Positions 1-9,233 of a stretch of DNA of 64,000 bases are shown piece by piece. The stretch is from a virus. The DNA lies in IMG/VR virus record IMGVR_UViG_3300014204_007611; one strand, 5' to 3'. The notes under the pieces are model-generated. The model was given only the letters and a program-made list of their open reading frames with translations, was not told where the DNA came from and made no database searches. Made by a program: the position numbers and the translations under genes. The first letter of the stretch is position 1; the number at the start of each line of letters is the position of its first letter.

Positions 1-420
1 TGGTGTAGAAATTTGATCTTCAACACCCCAAGCTTTTATTCTGACAACCTCACCATCATAATCTCTGACTTGTAAATTTTTAATATTTCTAAATCGGCCT
101 CTATGTGTATAAGTTGCCGTATTATTAGTAATGTTTTCAATACTACACACCGCGTCCTTTGTCAAGATCTTTTGACCGGGCAAAAAACATCCTGCGATAT
201 ATTTTAAGTTTCGCTTCTTGAAAGCGAAGTACATATCAGGGAACGACGCCATATGGCCATGCTCTGTAGCGGCCATCGCCGGAAATCCAGACTTCAAACA
301 TGCGTCGGCGTATTGCTCTGCTGACGGAACACCGTCCAGAGAGCTAAATAAGGAGTGCAGATGTAGATGCACAAATTCCTTCGGACCGGTATATTGAGAT
401 GGTTCGACTTCTTCCGACAT
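1..420 (-). CDS. PHP-domain protein, DNA polymerase III alpha (DnaE)-like N-terminus; partial, ORF continues past window start
   Basis: Own translation of the minus strand from ATG at 418-420: MSEEVEPSQYTGPKEFVHLHLHSLFSSLDGVPS...FPAMAATEHGHMASF...KYIAGCF matches the PHP motifs of Pol III alpha (HxH, D, TxHG, GxE). The frame is open to position 1. Confidence 0.55.
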   Translation of the reverse strand, partial: MSEEVEPSQYTGPKEFVHLHLHSLFSSLDGVPSAEQYADACLKSGFPAMAATEHGHMASFPDMYFAFKKRNLKYIAGCFLPGQKILTKDAVCSIENITNNTATYTHRGRFRNIKNLQVRDYDGEVVRIKAWGVEDQISTP

Positions 421-429
421 AGCTCTTGC

Positions 430-1500
430 TCAAGAAGTTTCTGCGGCAATCAAGCAGCCCTCTGCCACAGCGAATAATGGATCTTTACAACGCTTTACCT
501 TGTTGATGGCGAATGGTGGTTTTTCTTCTTCAAACAACTGTGCCACCATCTCTTCAAATCCAGTTGGGCACGACGTTCCACCGGCCATAAATACGTCAAT
601 CGGTTTGTCGATACGTGCACTTGTTTCGTGATCAACAAAACCCTGCGTGATGCCACGAATGACGTTCTGAATCAAGATGCGATAATGCAAAATGATATCG
701 AGTTCAAGGCGGGACGTGTAATTCTGAGTAAGGTCAATCTTTTCCTTCATCCGGCAGATTGTCGTCGGTGTCTCAGATGATTTCTTACGCGGCGAATCTG
801 GGTCGTAACCGTGACGCTTGGCAACTTCAGAGTCAATCCAGTCGCCAGCACCGACCCAACTAAACGAATAAATCTCATTGCCCCAAAGGACGTAACTGAC
901 CGTCACAGTACCAGCACCCCATGATATGCCAATACCAGTCGCATCTGGCGTCTCTTTGAGTACAAGAGCATGCGATTCCTTGATGGACGTCGTTTTGATC
1001 GTCGATTTGGTCTCATATCCAGAGATAATCAAATTCACGACTTGTTGATGGTAGTCGATATTCATCGGGCGGTTCAACGCGGCGGCTGTCGTGCAATAGC
1101 ACAAATTGATCTCTGGATCAAACTCACCGGCGTCGTGTTCGCACATCGACAACAAACCTTGAACGATACTGGAAAGAACCATCAGTGCAGCCTCATCAGC
1201 AGCAACACCACCTTCAGCCATCGGGCGTAACAAGGTGTCGTTATGGGCATAGGCTAATTCTTCAGCATCCTTTCCCAAGACATAGATGCCGTCTTTCCCA
1301 TCGAGACGAACCCACTTCGCTGGCCGCTTGGTCCCATCGGATCGTAATTTGTTTGGGTCATCAAGCATATTCTCAACGAACTTGCTTGGACGCGGAATCA
1401 AATAATAGCCGTTGATCTCTCGCAGAAATACCAATTTTTTGTTGTTGCGGAACGAAACAACAATATTCTTCGTCCCAATATCAATACCTATCGCGTTCAT
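430..1500 (-). CDS. Actin-like ATPase (ASKHA superfamily, ParM/StbA/Hsp70-like fold)
   Basis: GIDIGTKN phosphate-1 motif directly after an internal ATG at 1500, which is preceded by AGGAGAG at a 6-nt spacing. A C-terminal AGGTS motif is present. The ORF track extends the frame to 1797 through a Pro-rich stretch without a better ribosome-binding site, so the start is ambiguous. Confidence 0.5.
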   Translation of the reverse strand: MNAIGIDIGTKNIVVSFRNNKKLVFLREINGYYLIPRPSKFVENMLDDPNKLRSDGTKRPAKWVRLDGKDGIYVLGKDAEELAYAHNDTLLRPMAEGGVAADEAALMVLSSIVQGLLSMCEHDAGEFDPEINLCYCTTAAALNRPMNIDYHQQVVNLIISGYETKSTIKTTSIKESHALVLKETPDATGIGISWGAGTVTVSYVLWGNEIYSFSWVGAGDWIDSEVAKRHGYDPDSPRKKSSETPTTICRMKEKIDLTQNYTSRLELDIILHYRILIQNVIRGITQGFVDHETSARIDKPIDVFMAGGTSCPTGFEEMVAQLFEEEKPPFAINKVKRCKDPLFAVAEGCLIAAETS

Positions 1501-1573
1501 TTCAGCTCTCCTGATTTCGCAATCATCACCCAATCCAAATACTAAAATCGATTCTTCTAATTCCTCATCGCTA

Positions 1574-1894
1574 TTATTTATCACGTTTTGTGACTTTTGT
1601 TCCAAATCCTCCCTTGGGGATTGGGGGACGTCCAATGGACGGCGCGAGGGCCTGGGGGGCAAGATTTGGCGCGTGGAGAATTGGAGCGGAAACGGACTGC
1701 TCGGAGGCATTAACAACTCTCGTCGTTGAGCCATGCTCTCCGGAATTCGTTCCGGTGGCATCTTTCTGAAGCGGTCTTTCCAGCTTGCTATTAACAAATG
1801 AATCCCTGTCTCGGAAAACTATTATTGCTAATGTCAGCGCGACTGATGCCACAACCAAAGCCAAAACCGCAATCAGTAGTGCCACAACATCCAT
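1574..1894 (-). CDS. Small membrane protein (N-terminal TM helix), hypothetical
   Basis: 106-aa ORF with a hydrophobic N-terminus (VVALLIAVLALVVASVALTLAIIVF). It fits between the upstream GT gene and the actin-like gene if the latter starts at 1500. It is in a different frame from the extended 430..1797 reading, so the two calls are mutually exclusive. Confidence 0.3.
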   Translation of the reverse strand: MDVVALLIAVLALVVASVALTLAIIVFRDRDSFVNSKLERPLQKDATGTNSGEHGSTTRVVNASEQSVSAPILHAPNLAPQALAPSIGRPPIPKGGFGTKVTKRDK

Positions 1895-1899
1895 ATTAA

Positions 1900-3402
1900 C
1901 TACTTCTTGGGTTCGGCTTGCTGGCTGCTCATCATATATTCATATCTTAATAAAGAAATATTCCATTTCTTCAATGCTGGAAGCAGCATGTCATATCCCC
2001 TATTGATGCGAGCTATGTAGTTCTCAGTATCTTTGTTGTCGGGCCAGTATTTCCCCTTATTATATTGCGGAACAAGAGTAGTATGGCTGCGACCATCTGG
2101 CGCAAGTCTCGCATCACACCCGAATAAAGTAATAGACTTCGCACCAAGGAACGCAGCGATGTGGATAGCAGTATGAACGGTTGAAGCGTGATGAAAGAAT
2201 GGCTGATCCTTATTATTCAAACAAGAATCGCTGTCTTGCGGACCCAAATCATAAGTAATGCAATCTGAAAACTTCTCTGGCGGTTCAATCGACGTTCTAC
2301 CAGCACCAGTTTTCAATTTCTTTGGGATAAGTAATTGATTTGGCAAATAACGCTTAGCGTCTATGACGGATTCTGCCGGTTTTAAGTCGTGGAATACAAC
2401 ATAATCGCAATCAAACACCAAAGCATTCCAATTAACACCTATCACCACATCAAAATCGTCGAGAATTCCCTTTGTAACGAGATCGAGAGATGGACCAGCA
2501 CCGAGGACAGCAATACGAGAATTAGCGTGACGATTCTTAAGCATCTCAATCCGCGAAAGATCTGGCAAAAAATTATCAAGAAACCATTGAAATGGTCTTT
2601 TTTGAATGCGATCTCGTATAGCTATGCGCTCAGACAAATCACCGAATTTGATATCTCCTGGTTTTTTACGTATAGCTTGGTAGAAGAATTTTTTGTAATC
2701 TCCGAACCACACTTCTGCTATTCGCGCTTTGTTCTGCTCTAATGTCGTAGTATCAAGATCATAATTGAACTTATTCTTGAACCAATGTGCAACTACAGAG
2801 TCACGAATGATTTCGACAGAGCCGCCAGCCATCCAAGTTCGCAATGAAAACTCGATATTTTCACAGCCCCACTTATACATCCCGGTGTCGAAGCCGCCGA
2901 TCTCTTCCCACCATTGTTTTGTAAAAGCGAAGCAATGACCAGCCAAACAGGGCGTCATATCACTACCATCATCGTTAATCCAGTTGAAGTCGAGATTCCA
3001 TCGCCAGCCGGTCTTGGCATAGGCCGCAGTCGTCTCCATCCAAGTCGGAGCATCAAGACCTCTAGTTAGCGGTACACCGACACAATTATATCTCTCTGTC
3101 AATCTGGTGACAATTGGTAATAGCCAATTGGGTGCAACTTTTACGTGTGCGTCTATCGACACAATAACTGGCGATTTGGCGGCAGCAGCAGCGAGGTTGC
3201 GTGATCTCTGTAGACCCTCACGCATTTGGTTCCGAATGATTCTCACATTCGGCCTGTCTATTGCAATTGGAATTTTACTGCAATCATCAACGACAATGAA
3301 TTCGTCGATCAAGCCAGGCATAGTGTTGGCTATGATTGTGTCGATTGTTTTTTCGGTGTATTCTTCATTTAACACCGACATTATAATTGTTGCAGTTGGC
3401 AT
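1900..3402 (-). CDS. Bifunctional glycosyltransferase: N-terminal GT2 (GT-A, DxD) domain plus C-terminal DUF115/Maf-like domain
   Basis: N-terminus SVLNEEY...EFIVVDDCS is GT2-like. The C-terminus IAVLGAGPSLD...VIGVNWN is a DUF115/MptE-like GxGPS motif. Confidence 0.6.
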   Translation of the reverse strand: MPTATIIMSVLNEEYTEKTIDTIIANTMPGLIDEFIVVDDCSKIPIAIDRPNVRIIRNQMREGLQRSRNLAAAAAKSPVIVSIDAHVKVAPNWLLPIVTRLTERYNCVGVPLTRGLDAPTWMETTAAYAKTGWRWNLDFNWINDDGSDMTPCLAGHCFAFTKQWWEEIGGFDTGMYKWGCENIEFSLRTWMAGGSVEIIRDSVVAHWFKNKFNYDLDTTTLEQNKARIAEVWFGDYKKFFYQAIRKKPGDIKFGDLSERIAIRDRIQKRPFQWFLDNFLPDLSRIEMLKNRHANSRIAVLGAGPSLDLVTKGILDDFDVVIGVNWNALVFDCDYVVFHDLKPAESVIDAKRYLPNQLLIPKKLKTGAGRTSIEPPEKFSDCITYDLGPQDSDSCLNNKDQPFFHHASTVHTAIHIAAFLGAKSITLFGCDARLAPDGRSHTTLVPQYNKGKYWPDNKDTENYIARINRGYDMLLPALKKWNISLLRYEYMMSSQQAEPKK

Positions 3403-3410
3403 ATTAGTCC

Positions 3411-4046
3411 TTATATATCAAGAGTGGTCTCACCGACGATTTGAAACTGAACTCCGCGTTTTCTGATTTCGCTAATTACGGCATTCATTACTGCTCGTTG
3501 GCTGGCAGAAATGCTACCGGGCCTAGGAGTATGATAAAAATAGTGCCTACCGACACTATTAAATCCGCAGCCGTACAATACTATCTTGGTTGCACCCATA
3601 AGATAAGCAAGCTGAACCGCACAACAACTGATAGTACCGCCAAACATCAAATAATTCATATCTGACTTTAGTCTATCGGATTTATACCATCGATACATAA
3701 ACGTCAGATGCGGCTCTACGGGTGGTGGTAGTTTTACACTGCTTTGCTTTGCAGTAATAACAGCCGTGCGTTTGATGTCTTGGAATAGGTCGATTGGATA
3801 TAAGATCTTATCAGGAGCGGCAGTCAATTTAGCAATAACTCTAACTCTAGAGCAGTCAATGTTGAACCAATCGAACGCCGACGACCTAGCATCACCACAC
3901 ATGAAATAATCAAATCTCTTACCAAGCTTGGCAGCACCATTCACACCTATAGAAAGGTGTTGATTTTTAAATTCGATCGCTGTTGGTCCTGAACCAACAA
4001 CAGCTATTGTCTCACCTTTATGGATACCATGTAGCGCTTTAATCAT
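3411..4046 (-). CDS. DUF115/Maf-like putative glycosyltransferase
   Basis: IAVVGSGPTAIEF...SIGVNGAA...FMCGDARS; paralogous to the C-terminal domain of the upstream gene. Confidence 0.45.
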   Translation of the reverse strand: MIKALHGIHKGETIAVVGSGPTAIEFKNQHLSIGVNGAAKLGKRFDYFMCGDARSSAFDWFNIDCSRVRVIAKLTAAPDKILYPIDLFQDIKRTAVITAKQSSVKLPPPVEPHLTFMYRWYKSDRLKSDMNYLMFGGTISCCAVQLAYLMGATKIVLYGCGFNSVGRHYFYHTPRPGSISASQRAVMNAVISEIRKRGVQFQIVGETTLDI

Positions 4047-5905
4047 TATTTTCGTTTTAAAGAAGAAAAAACTTCACTTGTCTCTGTATCCCATTCTCCA
4101 ATATTGCAGAACGATTCCGGCCATAGTACTTTGCCGTCTCTTTCGTCAGGACCTTCATCTAAAAAGCAACCACACACAGCACATCGATTAGCGGTACGTT
4201 GTGTGCATAAAGCACATTTATCTAATCTGGCTTCAATTGTCTCAATTCTGGCTGTTTTGGCTCCAGACAATTTGTGTTTCGCTAATGCCTTTGCATAATT
4301 CCAAATCATCCTAGGCATCGCCGGTAGCTTCTTTTTATCGGCTGGATCACGACTTAATAAAGTATAACCATAATCATCATTTTGATGTTCAACGACTGAC
4401 CATTCAGGATTCTCACGCATCCATTTGCGCATCGCAATAAATAAGCCAGGACCGGAAGGTTCGCCCACTTCGCCATATGCACCAGTTGAACGCAACAGAA
4501 TCCAACGACGTGCTCTCTTGCCGAATTTAGACAATTCAGCGTATAGCCTATCAGCCTGATGTATAGAATGGATGACCAATAAATCAGTTTCATCTATGTC
4601 GGCTAGCATCATCCAATCGACCGCATAATTCGAATAACTCGTACTGCCAGCAATTTCTAATAACTGCTGATGGACTGGCGACGGCTCTGATGTATAGACA
4701 CGCAGCACTTTGGGATGCCCGGCCAACAAAGTGACATCAAACTCTTTCTGTTTGACTAATGCCGTTACATGACTACACTTCGAAGCTAAATCGCGGAAAC
4801 GCGGCATATACTTGCCCATGTTATGTGGGTGCGATTCAGTCCAAGCGAACGCCTCCTCGATTGTATTGCCTATGCGTTGACATCCAGAGCATGGTGCAAA
4901 GATGTGTCCAATGGGGTCTTCAAGAAGATAGTTCCACGCTTTTACGTCGATAGGCTTATCGGTGCCGACAAAATGGTCTTTTATTCCATCTAACGGTAGC
5001 TGCAGCTCTTGATGCCCAATTACATAGTTTCTTATTCTATCCCAATAACTTAATGGATAAGATGCTCCTCTAGGCCGCAGAAATCTGTGTGTCCATCTAA
5101 GAAATGGCAAGTTCAAGCATTTCTTACCTGCTTGTCGATACTTAATGTGAATATAGCCTTCTTCACCACCAAATCCGCGAAACGTTGGATTGAATTTAAG
5201 CCACGCATCTTTTCGGCACGTGAAAAGCCCCATCCCATTTGCTGGTATTTCGAACGGTTGGTCGTAATCGCTAGAGCCAATCGTTTTACATCCAGCGTTA
5301 TAAAATTCTGTTTCGTGGCCGTAGTATGGAATCTTCGGATATTGCAACCCACAGTCCGGGCATCGCTGGTAGGTTTTGTCAAAATCCATTAAATCGTGTG
5401 CTGTGGTATCTTCAGCCGATATCGGTATCGAGAAGTGCCACCCACATTTACAGGACCACGCGCGGCTCCAAATACCCCACATAGCACCTCGCCATGTCAA
5501 ATCGAAATGAGTCGAAATATCATGCAGGTCGTTATAAACAAGCGGGCCAGTGAGCAAATCATTATTATCTGGATTATGCTCATACCAATTTATCAGGCGT
5601 TTGATGGCACCTGGGGCGAGCATGATATGACAATCCATGCAAAGAACGAGTTCAGTTTGTGCTTCGTCGAAAACACGGCCTTTCGCATTTGCAGCGCCAA
5701 CAACATCTTCGTAAGCGATATAGCGAGCTGGCGTTTCTGCAATAAAGGAAGCGACAGCTTTACCATCTGGAGTATTTGGTGAATTATCGACGACTAGAAG
5801 CTCGACATCGCTTAAATCGTGATACATCCTCAACGCTTGGATGGAGAAATAAACCCCATCAAAGTCATTGTAATGGGCCATCCCAATCGTTAGTCTCTTG
5901 ACCAT
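4046..5905 (-). CDS. Glycosyltransferase family 2-like protein with a C-terminal Cys-rich extension
   Basis: LTIGMAHYNDFDGVYFSIQALRMY...VELLVVDNSP is a GT-A fold with a DxD-like VVDNS motif. It overlaps 3411..4046 by an ATGA junction. Confidence 0.55.
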   Translation of the reverse strand: MVKRLTIGMAHYNDFDGVYFSIQALRMYHDLSDVELLVVDNSPNTPDGKAVASFIAETPARYIAYEDVVGAANAKGRVFDEAQTELVLCMDCHIMLAPGAIKRLINWYEHNPDNNDLLTGPLVYNDLHDISTHFDLTWRGAMWGIWSRAWSCKCGWHFSIPISAEDTTAHDLMDFDKTYQRCPDCGLQYPKIPYYGHETEFYNAGCKTIGSSDYDQPFEIPANGMGLFTCRKDAWLKFNPTFRGFGGEEGYIHIKYRQAGKKCLNLPFLRWTHRFLRPRGASYPLSYWDRIRNYVIGHQELQLPLDGIKDHFVGTDKPIDVKAWNYLLEDPIGHIFAPCSGCQRIGNTIEEAFAWTESHPHNMGKYMPRFRDLASKCSHVTALVKQKEFDVTLLAGHPKVLRVYTSEPSPVHQQLLEIAGSTSYSNYAVDWMMLADIDETDLLVIHSIHQADRLYAELSKFGKRARRWILLRSTGAYGEVGEPSGPGLFIAMRKWMRENPEWSVVEHQNDDYGYTLLSRDPADKKKLPAMPRMIWNYAKALAKHKLSGAKTARIETIEARLDKCALCTQRTANRCAVCGCFLDEGPDERDGKVLWPESFCNIGEWDTETSEVFSSLKRK

Positions 5906-5929
5906 GGCGTACCTGTAGTAAATGTATTA

Positions 5930-6667
5930 CTATGTACGCTTAGATACGATCGTAGTTGGGATGAACTCGACCTTCTCAGCAACTCTTAAACGGCGATCCT
6001 CAAAAAATGCCCCAATACGTTCTGTGTAAATAATCGTGTCGCCAAGAATTGTACACTTATAGGCCGGTAAATCATCACATATTACCAATAGCTGCTCGCC
6101 TGTGTCGATGTCGTATAAGAGTGCAAACAACTCTTCGTTATCGTATCGTTGCCCAGATACAATTAGCTTATTTGGCTGCTCAGCACAGTAAGATAAGCTA
6201 TAAACCATTACGTTTGGCATTTCTATAATATCGTCTTTAATAGCTGTTCTTATATGAATTACAGCAGGATTCTCCTTGCTAGGCTCAACAAACACAGTTC
6301 TATCTCTTTGAATAAATCCAGCCGGGGTATCTAATATCGCAACCGGAGCAGATAGGCTCGTAATGTCGGGGCCATCCATTCGGTATAATCTGTAACGAGT
6401 GAAATCGGCACCACCAGCGATGAATGATATATGTAAACCAAACTCGTCTTGCCAAGCACTCGGAGAGCATTCGAGCTTCTGAGTGAATCCAGTTTCCAGG
6501 CGAGTTGATTCTATCCCCTTAACATAATAGATATGCCACGGATCACATCTACAGAATAATAAGATCCTGTCGTCTACTACAGGTACCAAAAATGGCATAT
6601 GCGATCTACCATCAGGCACTCCATTAGGAACTATGACGGCCATACTATCGAACCTCCCTGGTCGCAA
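5930..6667 (-). CDS. Hypothetical protein
   Basis: 245-aa ORF, same strand, immediately downstream of the fibre paralogs. Confidence 0.4.
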   Translation of the reverse strand: MRPGRFDSMAVIVPNGVPDGRSHMPFLVPVVDDRILLFCRCDPWHIYYVKGIESTRLETGFTQKLECSPSAWQDEFGLHISFIAGGADFTRYRLYRMDGPDITSLSAPVAILDTPAGFIQRDRTVFVEPSKENPAVIHIRTAIKDDIIEMPNVMVYSLSYCAEQPNKLIVSGQRYDNEELFALLYDIDTGEQLLVICDDLPAYKCTILGDTIIYTERIGAFFEDRRLRVAEKVEFIPTTIVSKRT

Positions 6668-9222
6668 CCAATCTGCAATGACATAAACCCGTCATAGTTA
6701 TATATTGATGACTGGGTAAATGAATCTGGCAAACCAACCAAATAACCATTGGTAACAGCGCCGTTGCTATATTGTATGTGGTAAGCTGTCTCGATTATAC
6801 GCCAGTAGCCGGTTGCTGGTCCTATTTGTCCTTGATATGGCGTCAGATCCCATGTTCTGTGTGTGGGATTAACAACATAAGTTGCTACTACACGCGGTGT
6901 ACAAGTCGGAGAAGGCGTTGTAGTCGGTTGAGTTGTTGTTGGCGCGTGTGTTGTTGGTGGTGTTTGTGTCGTTGGTGGTGTTTGTGTTGTTGGAGCCGGT
7001 GTTGTACCCGGCTTGCATCTCGTGTAGGCGTAGGCCCCACCACCAGGTATTGGTTCCCTAGGAGTACTACTAGTAGGTTCGGAGCACGAACATCCTGGAG
7101 TGCAAGGATTGGTAACTCTAGACCAAGTGCCACCGCCTGGAGACATATACCATTTGCATTGCCCCGGACAAATAACAGGTGTCGGACCTTGAGTTGTAGG
7201 CCCTTGTGTCGTCGGCGGATGATGAGTTGTCGGTCGTGGTGTCGTCGGCGGATACCACGTTGTTGGTGGCCAGAACGTAGTTGTTGGCGCGGGCGTTGTT
7301 GTTGGAAATGGTGGAAGCGTTGTTGTCGTCGTCGGCTGTGGTCCGATGGTTGGTGCTACTGTTGTAGTCGGGGCAACTGTAGTTGTTGGTCGTGTAGAAG
7401 AGCCAATAGCGCAAGCTAATATTGAATACCCAAGACAACACACAACACCTTCGAGGTTAATATCAATCCCAAATTCAAGTGCTACGTTGCTTGGACCGGT
7501 ATATGTAAATGTTATCGGAGAGCCAATTGTCGAATATTGTTTTCCGCCAGTTATCGCAGAATTATTAGTGCATGCCGCTGACCAAGAAACTGGACATGTG
7601 GTGTCGTCTGGATAATTTGGGCAAGATTCGCTACTAATATATCTCGCTTCATCGCATATTGTGTTAAACTTACTACTAAACGTCATGTTAGCAGTAATAG
7701 AACCGCTATCTGTCCATGGTACATGGACAGTTACATCATAATGCTGTAGTGTGCCATCTATGACACAATCGAAGCCTTGACATGTCGGGTCGTCGGATGA
7801 GTTGGTGTTATAATTTACAGGTAGATTGATGTCTAAATATGTATCTAAATAACTCGGACAATCGCATGGGCAACATATTTCAACTGGTTCCGGCTTAATT
7901 GGTTCAACAACCAAAACAGGACAGCCGCCAGCAACATCATTAACATTAGAACAGAAAAAGAAGTCTTCTTGACAGCATCGCTGTCCAGGGAATTGCGGTT
8001 CAACAATTGCCCATGGATATCGTGAATCACGATTAGTTCCAGAATTTGCCTGTCGCCAAGCAACAATCGACGCCGGTGTAAAATCTTTCCACTTAAATTG
8101 ATTCGACTGGTGTTGTGTCCAGCAAGCCTCAATTGGCGTCCATTCAACAAATTGCAATGTTGGTATATCTATCTGTTTCTCTGCGAACTTGAATCGCGTT
8201 ATAGTCTTACAATCATCGATTGTTGATTTTACCGCTGCCAGTGATAAATCTGCGACAGTGTTCAACGGTGTTGTACTGGTAGTAGTGCAACTATGTAATA
8301 CTGCAAGCTTCGACACACAGTTGTTTGGGAATAGCTTGTCGGAAAAGAAATAGATGTCCGACATCAAGCTATTTGATCTCAACGAAATAACTGCAGTTGT
8401 TGCTTCTACAGTCTCATCTATAAAGCTATTTTCTACGACATCAATAAATCCGCCGCCATCCTTACCGTTTTGTCCCTTGTGGCCTATTTCATTCGCTTTG
8501 TAGTGCCAGGTGTTTCCAGCCCACGAATTTGATATTAATCTTCCAGATATATTAGAAGAAACGATATCGTAATTAAGAAACGAGCCGTCTTCAAGTTCTA
8601 CTTCTGAATAGATAATAGCATAAGGGTCGCCGTTTATCGGTTGCCAAATCGTCAATGAACTCTTATTAGAGCTGTTTTTGAATAGCCTTAAAGAAATAGG
8701 AGTGTCGATAGTCGACGCAGCGGTTGCATTGATTACAAGCGCCGTCCCGTCCAATGTCGCGGCGTGTTTTGTTTCTGATTTGCCGGGAGTACCATCAGGC
8801 CCAGTATTGCCACGTTCGCCAACAAGCCCATCTTTACCAGGGCATTTCAATTGTGATAGCAGTGCCAACAATCTAGAACGGTTGACCTCAATTCGCAAAT
8901 CGTTATTAGATTCCGGCGAAAACGAAACCGTGTGGTTTGACGATTGAAATAAATAATAATAACCAGTTAAATGTGGATAGATTTTCAGAAAGTTAAAACT
9001 CAAGCCATCTTTAGTGGCTTGAGATATCGCGTTAATGCGAGTAAAAATTGTAGGCGACACCAGGCCATCACTGGTTTCCGTTACGACAGAAGCGGCTGCA
9101 AACGTCCCAATACAAGACCAAGTGTTCAGCTTGCTGCTATATTGCCACCGGTCGCCGCTACTGTCAAGGACAATAGTGCCATCCGCTACGTTCGTTCCAT
9201 TACTCAACGCGTGGCAATTCAA
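6631..9222 (-). CDS. Fibre-like structural glycoprotein candidate, with a collagen-like G-X-Y segment and a Pro/Thr-rich mucin-like linker (paralog B)
   Basis: 863 aa. The N-terminal ~140 aa is about 70% identical to the adjacent paralog, with a short collagen-like run GLVGERGNTGPDGTPG and a conserved CCQEDFFFCSNVNDV block. The long TTPAPTT/PTTQGPTT repeat lies near the C-terminus. Confidence 0.6.
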   Translation of the reverse strand: MNCHALSNGTNVADGTIVLDSSGDRWQYSSKLNTWSCIGTFAAASVVTETSDGLVSPTIFTRINAISQATKDGLSFNFLKIYPHLTGYYYLFQSSNHTVSFSPESNNDLRIEVNRSRLLALLSQLKCPGKDGLVGERGNTGPDGTPGKSETKHAATLDGTALVINATAASTIDTPISLRLFKNSSNKSSLTIWQPINGDPYAIIYSEVELEDGSFLNYDIVSSNISGRLISNSWAGNTWHYKANEIGHKGQNGKDGGGFIDVVENSFIDETVEATTAVISLRSNSLMSDIYFFSDKLFPNNCVSKLAVLHSCTTTSTTPLNTVADLSLAAVKSTIDDCKTITRFKFAEKQIDIPTLQFVEWTPIEACWTQHQSNQFKWKDFTPASIVAWRQANSGTNRDSRYPWAIVEPQFPGQRCCQEDFFFCSNVNDVAGGCPVLVVEPIKPEPVEICCPCDCPSYLDTYLDINLPVNYNTNSSDDPTCQGFDCVIDGTLQHYDVTVHVPWTDSGSITANMTFSSKFNTICDEARYISSESCPNYPDDTTCPVSWSAACTNNSAITGGKQYSTIGSPITFTYTGPSNVALEFGIDINLEGVVCCLGYSILACAIGSSTRPTTTVAPTTTVAPTIGPQPTTTTTLPPFPTTTPAPTTTFWPPTTWYPPTTPRPTTHHPPTTQGPTTQGPTPVICPGQCKWYMSPGGGTWSRVTNPCTPGCSCSEPTSSTPREPIPGGGAYAYTRCKPGTTPAPTTQTPPTTQTPPTTHAPTTTQPTTTPSPTCTPRVVATYVVNPTHRTWDLTPYQGQIGPATGYWRIIETAYHIQYSNGAVTNGYLVGLPDSFTQSSIYNYDGFMSLQIGCDQGGSIVWPS
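6890..7400. repeat. Degenerate tandem repeats encoding the Pro/Thr linker of the second fibre paralog
   Basis: Repeated GTTGTTGG(T/C)G(G/C) units; they generate shadow ORFs on both strands. Confidence 0.55.
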
Positions 9223-9233
9223 CGCTCATCTCC

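Noticed and set aside
430-1797. Extended 455-aa version of the actin-like ATPase
   Set aside because: The extra 99 N-terminal residues are Pro-rich and lack a ribosome-binding site, whereas the internal ATG at 1500 has AGGAGAG at ideal spacing and is followed at once by the GIDIGTKN phosphate-1 motif. The extended reading is kept only as an alternative.
6772-7615. ORF-track entries on both strands inside the Pro/Thr-repeat region (6772..7419+, 6888..7133-, 7118..7441-, 7346..7615+)
   Set aside because: They lie entirely within the repeat-encoding part of the 863-aa fibre gene and translate to Cys/Arg/Trp-rich or poly-Val low-complexity strings. These are typical shadow ORFs produced by repeats.
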